From contig DATGZA010000063.1 in the NCBI GenBank assembly GCA_035297365.1, positions 1 through 64,000 on the forward strand: 64,000 nt of DNA, read 5' to 3'. Position numbers and translations under genes: made by a program. Positions 10,178 to 20,680 of this stretch are shown one piece after another; the stretch's first letter is position 1; the number at the start of each line of letters is the position of its first letter. Source of the DNA: Nitrososphaeraceae archaeon. Lineage in GTDB: Archaea; Thermoproteota; Nitrososphaeria; Nitrososphaerales; Nitrososphaeraceae. The notes under the pieces are model-generated. The model was given only the letters and a program-made list of their open reading frames with translations. It had not been told where the DNA came from and ran no database searches.

Positions 10178-10576
10178 TTGAAGATTATGGAAAATATGAT
10201 TGGAATGCTTGCAAAATCATTTGGAATAGATCCAAAAATTGCGGCTGTAGCCGTGAGCAGTGCAACCAAGCTATTTCTTCAAAAATCTACTCCCAAGGCT
10301 GCTTCAGGTCTTCTGTCTGCTTTACCCAAAAGTATTACCGACCAATTTGATGACAATGATAAACAAAAATTTAAAACAACACAAGATAATGTAAATCGTT
10401 ATGATTTGATAAAACAATTGTCAGAAATAACAGGTATAAAAGATTTAGACAAATTAGACAATTTTGCAGATGTTGTACTGGATAGTATAAAACAAAATAC
10501 TAGAATTGATTTAAGTGATGGTCTTGATGAAAGAGAATTATTAGAAGGGTTGAAGGATCTATCAAGACGACAATAA
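10178..10576 (+). CDS. Hypothetical protein
   Basis: 132-aa ORF with protein-like composition; true start may be the ATG at 10187. Confidence 0.7.
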   Translation: MKIMENMIGMLAKSFGIDPKIAAVAVSSATKLFLQKSTPKAASGLLSALPKSITDQFDDNDKQKFKTTQDNVNRYDLIKQLSEITGIKDLDKLDNFADVVLDSIKQNTRIDLSDGLDERELLEGLKDLSRRQ

Positions 10577-11457
10577 TCTGGTCAATTTTAATTATTTAAT
10601 TTTGTCGTGTCATTTTATCATTAAAGTTCTTTCTATAGTATTTTGTGTAGGGAAGAATAGTATGCGAATATTCTAATTAAAAGTACAAAATAGCAAAGGT
10701 GATTTTATCAACATTGTTAAATTACTAATTTTTTCTTTCAATAAATTGGAAACTGGGAATAAGCACAGGCTGATTTGTATATTCACAAGATAAAACAAGG
10801 ATAGGGATTATTATTTTCTCTCTAGTATATAAAAATCATATATTTTATTATTTGTCTATGATAACTAATAATCATTATTAATGTAAAATATAAATGCTGT
10901 GAAAATTGTATGCGCAAAGCGATGAGCTTTATCCTTCATTATAGTATAATGAACGTCTTGATGAAGAATGTAACATAACTTTTGATTTTAGTTTTTTGTA
11001 GGTACAATTTTATAATTATTTAGTGAAATCTTGATATTTAGTTTTGTAATATATAATGCATTATATTGAAATTGAAGGTTAATATCCATACATACTGCTT
11101 ATAGTATTATTATTTTTTAATTTGTTAGATATTATTAGTTGCGCAAACTTCTTTTTCTTCTTTTTATTTAAATTAATTAGTCTATTCGTGTAGCAATATT
11201 TTGTTATAATTCTATATCTTACATAGATCAATTTCTGTGCAATTTAAATAAAACGTATAGTTTTAGACAGAGGATTGTTTAGAAATTTTCATATAATATC
11301 ACAGAAACCAATTGTACTTTCTTAATATGTACGTATATTTCAACAACGACTTCTTATTTTACACAAATATAAGAAACATAACTGATGTTTTAAATATTTC
11401 TTTATTATTACTTCATCCCTGCCTTTTCTCCATTATAAAGGCAATTTGTAATACAAT

Positions 11458-11544
11458 AAGTAAATTTAAATATTATTGATATTGTGACTATTACATTAGA
11501 CTCTGATTTTTGTACCTGTATAAATATTACCATCGTCGGCTAGG
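11458..11544 (+). repeat. Dispersed repeat copy 5
   Basis: aagtaaatttaaatattat...cta ttacat tagactctgatttttgtacctgtataaatattaccatcgtcggctagg. Confidence 0.8.
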
Positions 11545-11588
11545 GGCCACTAATTTTCTAGACTAACACTATTTTACAAATTCAATCA

Positions 11589-11792
11589 TTATTTAATATC
11601 CTTTTTGCTAATAATTATATTTTTTTTAATTAATATTAACATCATATGATAAAAAGATAATCCCAATTTCGATGCTAGAACGTCAATATTTTTTAGAGCA
11701 TATCTTGAGGATTCATTACCTGATGATGATAAGATAAATTCATCTATAATTTTTTTAAATCTATCATCATCGTGGTGATAAAATATCATCAT
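11589..11792 (-). CDS. Small hypothetical protein
   Basis: 67-aa ORF with ATG start and no recognisable motif. Confidence 0.5.
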   Translation of the reverse strand: MMIFYHHDDDRFKKIIDEFILSSSGNESSRYALKNIDVLASKLGLSFYHMMLILIKKNIIISKKDIK

Positions 11793-11980
11793 ATTAGCTT
11801 GAACACAACATAGTTATTAAGAGATTGTCAAAAAATTTATCAGCATAATATACAATTGCAATATTTAAAGTCTCTAGGTAATTATCTGGTATATAACAAT
11901 TACATACAATTTATGATAATTTACTCGACATATTGAAGCAATTTTCTACCAATGTACTTTTTATATAAATTAGTATTTCT

Positions 11981-13048
11981 TTATATATTTTTGTTAAAAT
12001 ATGGTAATACCTTTTTTGTAAACTTTTGAATAAATTGTACTTCATTTGGACTTGTACTATGTGTATATACTTGGGTAAAACCAGCTTTGAAATATTCTTC
12101 TATTGGTTTAATTAAATCCTCTATAGAGGTAACTATTAGTATTGATTTTTTTAATTCTTCATCTGTTACTTCTCGCTTTGCTGTTTCTTCTAGTACTCGT
12201 GGATCATTTATATCTCTATCAAACGCATCATCTATTTTAGAAGTTCTCCAAAATTCACATGATCTGAAAGCCTTGTCATAGTCTTCAGAATAAGAAATCT
12301 TAGGTTTAGCTATTTTTTCTAGTTTATCAGGATCTTTTCCCTCTTCTCTTGCTGCTTTATCAAATATATCGAATGTCTCCTTACAGTCATTTGGCTTTGA
12401 AGTAGTAATCAATCCATCAGTTAATTTACCCGCAGTTTGTATAGCTTCTTCTCCTGAACCTGCCATGTAAAGAGGAATATTAGTAGAAGGGGGAGTATAC
12501 AGCTTGGCATTTTTTAGTGTAAAATACTGACCACTAAAATTTACAAAACCATCTTTATCCATCATATTATCATCATTTTTATTTGATGACGGACGTTTTC
12601 CTTTAAGAACACCATTGCTATTTTCTTTATTCCATAATTTTTTTATTATTTGAATAGCTTCAGTTGTTCTTTCTAATCTTGTTTCTGCAGAGGGCCAATC
12701 AAAACCTAGAGATACTTCATTCATAGCTTCCCCCGTACCGATTCCAAGACCTATTCTTCCAGGATATAATACATCTAATGATGCAAATGCTTGTGCTATT
12801 ACACCTGGGTTATATCTATATACAGCTGCAGTTACTCCGGTTACAAATTTCATATTTTTCGTTCTTTCAGCGGCAGCCGCTAGCCAAACCCATGCAAAGT
12901 TTCCATAACCATTAGTATGTGACCATGGATGAAAGTGATCACTTGTAAGAGTCTGATCAAATCCACCATTTTCGGCTTCTTTTACAAATTTAATTAGATC
13001 ATTCATTGAATATTGTTCTTGTGAAGCCCAATATCCTAATTGTTTCAC
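11981..13048 (-). CDS. F420-dependent LLM-class oxidoreductase (G6PDH-F420 family)
   Basis: ASQEQY, SDHFHPW and LGIGTGEAMNE motifs. Confidence 0.92.
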   Translation of the reverse strand: MKQLGYWASQEQYSMNDLIKFVKEAENGGFDQTLTSDHFHPWSHTNGYGNFAWVWLAAAAERTKNMKFVTGVTAAVYRYNPGVIAQAFASLDVLYPGRIGLGIGTGEAMNEVSLGFDWPSAETRLERTTEAIQIIKKLWNKENSNGVLKGKRPSSNKNDDNMMDKDGFVNFSGQYFTLKNAKLYTPPSTNIPLYMAGSGEEAIQTAGKLTDGLITTSKPNDCKETFDIFDKAAREEGKDPDKLEKIAKPKISYSEDYDKAFRSCEFWRTSKIDDAFDRDINDPRVLEETAKREVTDEELKKSILIVTSIEDLIKPIEEYFKAGFTQVYTHSTSPNEVQFIQKFTKKVLPYFNKNI

Positions 13049-13865
13049 ATATTTTAATATTTAACATATTTTATTAAGGTATTATAATGATAATAAAAAA
13101 ATGCGACCACACGATAACTCCTATGGTATATAACTCTTCTTGTTTTATCTCTCTTTTTAAGTTTCTTTTTTTTTGATTTTATTATTTAAGTAATATGTGA
13201 TATATCTTACAATCCTATCTTGATAGAATCCATCACCTTCGAATAAGCGAACGGTAACTCATCAAAAATCGAGGTTAGAATACAATAAATAGATGGATTG
13301 TCGATAATGATACACTTAGTGGTATATATGAATAATGAAATATGTCTCTTGTTTGTCATTGAATCCTAATTCAAAATACTTGCAAAGGTGGGATCTATAA
13401 TGATAATTTTTGTTTAGCCGGTGACTAGCAATGTAGATTTATTGAGTCATCAATCTGATGTTTCTAGATAAACTGATACAGTACCTATCATAAGGAGTTT
13501 ATTTAGCTAAAAATAACGATTTTTAATTTGTCTTAGAGTTCAAGGAATGTAGTTGCAGATGAACGTTGTGGGTTTTATCGTTCTAGCCTAGAATATGCAA
13601 AAATTTGCAAAGGGCACTAGTTCCTTTTTCATTGATACCTAAAAACATAGTATTAATTCTATAACAAATTTCAGGATCTAAGAATTTATTCTTAGATGTT
13701 TTTCGGAATAGGGAATTTATATTATATATCTTATATCTCTATAATCTAAAGAATCAGTTTATCTGAAATTAAACGGCTTTTTTGGATTACATTAGATGAA
13801 TTTAATTAAAGATTTGAAAATATTTAAGTTTGTAATTGTTCTTATTACCTTAGAAATAATATAAT

Positions 13866-14501
13866 ATGATAAAAAAGATATCTAAACAGAATAGTAAACA
13901 AAAAAAAATTAAAAATGATACCAAAAAAGAAAAGAAAAACGTATTAAAAAAAAGTAAATCCAACCTAAATTCTAAAAATGTTTCAAATAAATTAAGATCT
14001 AAAAAAAACAGTAAGACTACCAGCAAAGCTAAAAAAGATATAGTTTTAAGAAGATCGAGTGGAAGAGAGGAGAAATTTAATACTAATAGGTTAACTCAAA
14101 CCGTAAGTAGGTCAGGTGTATCTTTTCCTGTAGCAAGAGATGTAGCAAAATCAATAACAAGGAAAATAGGAAGATCAATCCAAAATAGATCGACAGGTAG
14201 TACAAAGAAAAAACAACAAGGATCTTCTCCAACATCAACTAAACAAAAATTGAAAATTACTTCAAAAAAACAACCAAAAAAAGTGCTTGTTACCGCAGAT
14301 CAAATAAAAAATTTAGTAAAGAACGAATTAAAAGACAGAAATGAACAAGATCATAGCCCATTTTCTGACAACGCCAATACCACTAACGTAGGTGAAGAAT
14401 CATTGACGGAAATAACACTTAATGACAGAGAACCAGTAATGGATCAAGTCGCAGCAAATAAGAATAAGGTGCTCTTTGATCGCAGTAAAGGAAAACGGTA
14501 A
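13866..14501 (+). CDS. Highly basic protein with a stand-alone ATP-cone-like domain
   Basis: VLRRSSGREEKFNTNRLTQTVSRSG...VAKSI...VTADQIKNLVKNEL; Lys/Ser-rich N-terminus and insert. Confidence 0.7.
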   Translation: MIKKISKQNSKQKKIKNDTKKEKKNVLKKSKSNLNSKNVSNKLRSKKNSKTTSKAKKDIVLRRSSGREEKFNTNRLTQTVSRSGVSFPVARDVAKSITRKIGRSIQNRSTGSTKKKQQGSSPTSTKQKLKITSKKQPKKVLVTADQIKNLVKNELKDRNEQDHSPFSDNANTTNVGEESLTEITLNDREPVMDQVAANKNKVLFDRSKGKR

Positions 14502-14537
14502 AAATCTTCTTTGCCTTTCTATAGCTTTTTTTAATTT

Positions 14538-15466
14538 TTAAAATCCAAATTCCAAAATTTCATTTTCTTTTATCTCAACAATCCATATACCTTTTCGACC
14601 CAACAATAATAAAATACGTAATTTTGATTTTAGTTCAGTATAAAGTCCTGGAGCAAATTCTTGTGGTGCATCCGGTAGGCTTGGTATTGCACCGCCCTCA
14701 GGAAATCCAGCTAATGTTTCAACTTGACCATCTTTAAAAGGCGAATCTCCATTAAATATCAAAGATAAACCAGATTCTTCGTTTGTCATTGTCCATTACT
14801 GATTATGCAAATTCAATTCTTCCAATTCTCTTACCTCTGGCATTTTAGAAGTATCAACTTTTGGAACAGGTAAAATTTTGTTCCAATTCACTCCTAATGT
14901 TTCTAATGCTTTGGCAAATACTTTTTCATGTGCTAAATCTCTTACAATTAAATAAGATATAGTTGCCCTCCATGCTTTATTGTCGCTCATCTGATATAAT
15001 CTACATTTTTGAAGTCTACCTGTTGTCTTAACATTAAATTATAAAGCATGTTTAAGACTAAGTTTCCACTATCATACACATAAGTAGCAGAAGATGGGTT
15101 GCCAGCAGCATCTACTGGTCTAGAACTTTGGGCAGCAACGAGATAATGATGTATATTTGGGGAATCAAGGGCCACAGAAAGGGGTAGTTCCGTAGGATCT
15201 TTCTGTTGTGAAGAGCCCTCCAATAGCACATTAATTGTATTAGCAACTAATTCAATATGACCCACCTCTTCTGCTGCAATTGACCTCAATAAATCTTGAT
15301 ATGGTTTGGCATCTCCTCTAAAATTTATATTCTGAATAAATATTGCATCATAGTTCTCATTTCTCCAAATTGTCCTCCAAGTCCTTCCTATAATGCATGT
15401 GCTGCTTTGGGATTAGGCTTGTAATTCCTAGGAATAGGATGGAACTTTATTTATCGATATAAACAT
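14538..15466 (-). pseudogene. Manganese catalase pseudogene split across at least four frames
   Basis: AL*EGLGGQFGEMRTMMQYLF / QNINFRG..YQDLLRSIAAEEVGHIELV / YLIVRDLAHEKVFAKAL; one nonsense codon plus frameshifts. Confidence 0.9.
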
Positions 15467-16240
15467 GATCTTATTAGTTTCATAAACTATATAACGATTG
15501 TAATAAATGAAATCATATTTCCAAGTTTCTAGAACAATATCATAAATATCAAGGCTTTCAATATTTGACTTTATGAAATATCAGTCTCTAAATGTTAATA
15601 AGATGATTGATGTGAATTATATTTTATATTTAAATAATTCGAAGTTTCAATACCCTAGTTCCTATGCTATCGTTTCATAGGATGAGAGGCAAATTTTTGA
15701 ACTATTATATATCGCAAGCTGTATGTTCATGAATTGTAATCAGGTTAGTGGAAAAAATCATTAATAAGACAGTCTTTGCAAATATTGATCACAGTCTAGT
15801 ATTGATAGATACTAGCCGCCATTATTTTGGATGATCAACTTTTTTTCTACTTAAGCACACTTTATCTATTGCTTCATCGTCATCATTGTACAATTCTTCC
15901 AGGTTGTTATTTTTCATTGAATGTAAATAACAAATAGTTTTTTCAGTATTTTTAATTTTTTTTAGAATCTTATGACTTTATAACATTCTAGAAACTTAGC
16001 TAGAAATAATCCATGTTTGTTACCATAAATTTCGATAGGAAAAATATTATATTCTGTCAGTTAGATGACTAACCCTTATCATAATGCTTTAATATGAAAG
16101 CATTGTATATATCAATTTGTTAACTAACAATTTAATTTTTCTCTCCTGTTCACATTATTAGTTCGTTAGAATCGCAAGATGTAAACAAACTATCGAAAAC
16201 TGCTATTTGCATTATAATTATGATTTAACAATACGATTGT

Positions 16241-16870
16241 CTATATAAAATTACTACATTTTTTTGAATTGATATCTGCAATCCTTAAAGGTTCTGGAAT
16301 AAATTCGGTTTTTTTGGTAAGTTTTTTAATAATATCAATTGCCGTTTCTAAACTAATTTTATGTCCTACACTAACATAGACATTTTTTTTATTATTCTTG
16401 CTAATTTTATATCCAAGAATTGTCTTATTATATTCGACATAATCGTTTTCCATTATTGATCCACATAATAGTGTCTTTGCAACACCTATTGTTGGTTTGT
16501 CAATCATAATACCTATGTAGGATGCCAATCCACATTTTCTTGGATGTAAAATTCCATGACCGTCAATTAATACTAAATCAAATTTATTTTTTAATAATCT
16601 TAAAGTTCTTAGTAATGGTTTTGCCTCTCTCAACATAAAAAGCCCTGGAATGTATGAATATTTAGCAATACTTTTTTTATTTGCTATTTCGATTATTTCT
16701 AAAGTATTTTTATTAACTATTACAGCAGAACAAAAAGCATTTAAATCCTTATAAGAAACATCTATACCACAAACATTACGAATGCTATTATTATTCTGAT
16801 AATCATGAGTTATAACCTTCTTGGCAAATTCATTTTGTAATTTAATAGTTTTTGTATAATTTTCCTTCAT
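16241..16870 (-). CDS. nfi: Endonuclease V
   Basis: GIDVSY, YIPGLFMLRE, DGHGILHPRKCGLAS, IGVAK, YVSVGH and PEPLR. Confidence 0.95.
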   Translation of the reverse strand: MKENYTKTIKLQNEFAKKVITHDYQNNNSIRNVCGIDVSYKDLNAFCSAVIVNKNTLEIIEIANKKSIAKYSYIPGLFMLREAKPLLRTLRLLKNKFDLVLIDGHGILHPRKCGLASYIGIMIDKPTIGVAKTLLCGSIMENDYVEYNKTILGYKISKNNKKNVYVSVGHKISLETAIDIIKKLTKKTEFIPEPLRIADINSKKCSNFI

Positions 16871-17167
16871 TCTTTAAATTTGCAATATATCTTATCTACT
16901 AATTTATTTATTGATATTTCATAGAAACCTAAATACAGTGTAGTAAAATTCTACCCTAAGACGTCATTCCTGAAAGATAGTATTACCAAAAAATGACATA
17001 TAATTATCTAATTTTCATAATTCTTCTTAATAAAAATACTTCTTAATTTGCTTATAAAATAGAATAGAATAAATATTACTAATAGTACGATTTAAAAAAT
17101 AGTAAAGATTATTAGACTGTGTTAGATATTTAACATTCCATTTTTACTTACTGGTATTATTTCTAAT

Positions 17168-17737
17168 TCATTGTGTATTGACTGATTGTCCTACTGATTT
17201 TATGTAACTAGCATTTGTTCTTACCAAAGTCTTTAGATTCTCACGTGTTTGTTCTAGTGCTGTATTGTATACCCTCATATTTGACGCTAGAGTGTTATTT
17301 ATGAGATTACTCGTGTTTAATAGATAACTTGTGAAGTTATTCACCAATACTGCATGATTTTCAACAATTTTCTGTGGGTTATACAAGTCCCATAATCCCA
17401 TGGAGTTTACACCACTTTTTCTATCTACCTGTGATTGAAAAGAGTTTATTACTTCTTTTTCTGCTTCAATGAAGTCAGAGGCAATATCTTTTATAGTTTG
17501 AATAGTTTGTTCTTGATATTCAGCAATACGTTGTGTGTATTTTGGAATTTCTCGCGTAGCTTCATCAGTGGTTCTCTTTATATTATGTAAGGTGTTGTCG
17601 AGTGTCTTGCTTATTATATCTTGTTGTTGATTTAAGGTGTTATTGTAGTCTCTACTTGTTCTTTCATTGAAATTATTGTTGTCTGGACTAAATTTAGTTG
17701 TATTTTTTTCATTTATCTTTTCTTCTTTTGCTGACAT
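17168..17737 (-). CDS. Asn/Gln-rich helical hypothetical protein (phasin-like thaumarchaeal family)
   Basis: 189-aa ORF containing EATREIPKYTQRIAEYQEQTIQ; similar to 4409-4954. Confidence 0.65.
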   Translation of the reverse strand: MSAKEEKINEKNTTKFSPDNNNFNERTSRDYNNTLNQQQDIISKTLDNTLHNIKRTTDEATREIPKYTQRIAEYQEQTIQTIKDIASDFIEAEKEVINSFQSQVDRKSGVNSMGLWDLYNPQKIVENHAVLVNNFTSYLLNTSNLINNTLASNMRVYNTALEQTRENLKTLVRTNASYIKSVGQSVNTQ

Positions 17738-17887
17738 AATTATACATAAGTTACCTAGATATATAAACTAATGTACTAGTATCTAGTGTATAATCACATT
17801 CTTTAAGTACACTTTTTTTTATTGTTTAAATTTTCCAACAATTGGAAACTTTTTATTTGTAATTCTAAGATATCTTTGGCATTATTT

Positions 17888-18424
17888 TCATTTTTGAGTA
17901 TTCTTCTTCTTTAATGATGAAAAGATTTTGATACGTTTTGAGATTATATTTATTGCTAAATAGGATATAGAAGAAGCAGTTATAGAAGATATTATAGCTG
18001 CTTCAAAAGGTCTCAATCCTGTTAATAATAATTCAAATAATATTATCCATCGTGATATATTGTTAACAATGTCAAATATAGACCAAGCAAACACCATCTT
18101 CTTTATTATTTGTTTTAGAATATTGAAATTAATCTGCCTAGTAAATTTATCGGTGTATTTTTGTTTGTTGTCGATATGAAAAAGAACTATAAAAATGACC
18201 TTGTATATTATAAATCCAACCAATACTGTTACTGTGGAAGTTAATACATTATTAGGAGAATAAATCGCATATAGTTCAGCTATAACAGCACTAGATAAAA
18301 ATCCAAATGTGCCAGCAATAAGTAAATCCTTATTCATTAAAATAGTTTCTCTATATTTCTTGTAAAAGTTAGTAGTAAGTCTGTTGAAAATTCTATTATT
18401 CCTTGTATTATTTTTTTTACCCAA
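17888..18424 (-). CDS. Four-TM membrane protein (GtrA-like), hypothetical
   Basis: 178-aa ORF with four hydrophobic segments. Confidence 0.65.
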   Translation of the reverse strand: MGKKNNTRNNRIFNRLTTNFYKKYRETILMNKDLLIAGTFGFLSSAVIAELYAIYSPNNVLTSTVTVLVGFIIYKVIFIVLFHIDNKQKYTDKFTRQINFNILKQIIKKMVFAWSIFDIVNNISRWIILFELLLTGLRPFEAAIISSITASSISYLAINIISKRIKIFSSLKKKNTQK

Positions 18425-18801
18425 ATAACAATTATCTAAATATACACACCCCTTTATGTCTTTAAAGATCTGATTTAGCTAAATGAGAAGGTGGTTAGTA
18501 ATTTATATCAAACAGCTACAACAATAATAAGATCAAAGTTAACTACAATGACATTTACTTCCTAATCATCCATTTCAATCTTTTAAAAAAAATTGTTTGC
18601 ATATTTGTATAATGTGGTTGCTTCACAATCCACCTTCTAAATGTTGTGATAATTTATTCATTTTTGTATAGAATCTATTTTTCATTTAAAAATTGTTATT
18701 TTAAGATTCATTTTGTCTAGCTTATTGAATCTTATAATACCAATTTTTATAACTTATATTATTACATATACAGCTTGTCATATTTTTGAAAATAGAATAC
18801 C

Positions 18802-18881
18802 GAGTAAACTTAATTATTATCTCATTTTACTAATACATTAGACTCTTATTTTCACATTGCTATAGGTGTTACTCCCGACGG
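18802..18881 (+). repeat. Dispersed repeat copy 6
   Basis: gagtaaacttaattattat...cta atacat tagactcttattttcacattgctataggtgttactcccgacgg. Confidence 0.85.
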
Positions 18882-19303
18882 CGCAGCCCAGTTTTCTAGG
18901 GTTCACTATTTGATATTGAAGTAAGGAAATCAATCAATCAATCTTATTATTTTAATATCATAATTAGATAAAAAAACGAATGTCTGTTCTGATTCGGTTA
19001 ATTATATAGATTTGATCAATTTACCATTTAGTAAATAAAAAATCGTGTAAGCTTGCAAATTAGTCCAAATTTCTAAATTCTGTTCTTATTTTGATATAGA
19101 TTTAACTTTGGTTACAAATTTTCTACTCTTTACCTGTTTTGAAACAGAGCAAAGAATTTCACAATAAGTAACATCCACACCTTCAGCGAAGCACAAAATT
19201 TAAGTCTAGCTTATTTGGATCCTCAGCTAATTATATTTTGATAATTTTTGATGCATTTTGAGCAGTTTCTTCAGATACACAATCAATATTTTCAACATCA
19301 AAT

Positions 19304-20023
19304 GGCTCTGTTCAGATAAGCAGCAAAAGCTATAGCTGAGAACGTTCTAAATATACTATGAAAATTTGAAAGAAATAAAACATCTTCTTTTATTGTAATG
19401 TATTCTCTTTATCTATACTTTCTTGGTCTCAGTTTAAGAAATACTTCCAAGGCATTAACTATATTTAGAGATCGGAAGAGAAGTTATGTTTCTGTTTGGA
19501 ATTGGATTCAGAGATTTGGATCCTGTCAGATCTATAAGACAGAAAGAATTTCTGCATTCATAATAGATGAAACTATAATTCAGATTGGTAGTCAACATTT
19601 CCGGTTGTGGATCTGTATTGAACCAGTACATAGTTCTGTACTTGGAATCTATCTCTCAGAGGAGAGAAACATGATGGTTGCTGAAAATGAAAAATTTATT
19701 AGGTCTCTGGTATCAAGGTATGGAAAACATACTGTGTATACAGATAGAGGTACATTGTATGAGGAAGCATGTAACGTAATTGGATTAAAACATTATCTAC
19801 ATTCTTCAATAGAGAAAAGTCCAATGGAACGGGTCAACTAGTTTTTGAAAGACAGAATAGAAAATTTTGATGACTATTATCCGTGTATCCAAGAAGAATG
19901 TAATCTATTTCACGTACATAACTGGATACAATTCTTTGTTTCGATGTATAATGATACTATAGCAAATAATAACAATAATTATTTTCAGTTAGAGGAGATG
20001 ATTATTATCTTAAATTAAGAGCC
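19304..20023 (+). mobile_element. IS6-family insertion sequence (720 bp), defective
   Basis: Ends GGCTCT...AGAGCC; flanking 8-bp near-duplication catcaaat (19296-19303) and aatcaaat (20024-20031); internal DDE transposase. Confidence 0.88.
19358..20018 (+). pseudogene. IS6-family DDE transposase with nonsense codon and 5' frameshift
   Basis: [44 protein letters not shown]; TAG at 19839-19841 with the frame continuing. Confidence 0.88.
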
Positions 20024-20365
20024 AATCAAATCTCTCCTCTTCTGCAATTTCCTTAATCAAATCTTCCATTTCTTTTTGTTGCTTGCTTGTTTCCTCTTTC
20101 ATAGTTATTAATTCCCTTTCCTGTTCTACTTTTGACAATCCTTTTCGAATTAGTACTTCAGACTTTTGAGTGTGAAATTTTCAAGCCAATTGCTTTACCA
20201 ATTTTTTGCTCAATTTTTTTTATCATTTAGTTTTCATTGTAAATGTTACAATAAAGTTAATAAGTATTTTAACAACTGATGTAATAGTGATTATTAAAAT
20301 ATTTATCTAATATGTTTAATAGAATTTCTAAGCGAAGAATTCTCTTAAATATAATTTTTAATAAT

Positions 20366-20389
20366 AAAAATATGAGTCTAATGTTTAGG
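20366..20389 (-). repeat. Dispersed repeat copy 7 (inverted, truncated)
   Basis: Reverse complement acattagactcatattttt is identical over 19 nt to copy 3. Confidence 0.7.
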
Positions 20390-20680
20390 ACTTTATCCAC
20401 CATCTTATCAAAGAATATCCACCATAGATGAACCACCAAAATGATTTAAAATTACTATTAATTGTTGGTCCAGATAGTTTGCATTTTTAATATTTTTTAA
20501 AAAGTATTAATTGTAAAACTAGAGGCATCACAATTTCACGTTATACCAATACCTAGTTTAATTGTCCCTTGATATTTATACTAAATCCTGAAGTTATTAC
20601 AATAACCTATTATACTAAATGAATATTAAATATCTAGAATCTTGGCAATTTACTATATAGGATAAACAACTCTTATTAGT

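Larger units (their letters stand above)
19040..20237 (-). pseudogene. Ferritin-like thaumarchaeal gene, decayed and interrupted by the IS6 element
   Basis: Removing the IS and one target copy rejoins MKEETSKQQKEMEDLIKEIAEEERFD to VENIDCVSEETAQNASKIIKI*LAEDP; also EQKIGKAIGL near the start; left boundary approximate. Confidence 0.6.

Noticed and set aside
10150-10350. 66-aa Cys-rich ORF
   Set aside because: Alternative frame overlapping the more plausible 10178-10576 gene
13150-13800. Possible decayed gene on the minus strand (VRLFEGDGFYQD)
   Set aside because: Too degraded to assign a family
311-18881. Reverse strand of the repeat read as a conserved peptide end (..KIRV*)
   Set aside because: No upstream ORFs lead into it and some copies have internal stops; a transposase 3'-end origin is not fully excluded
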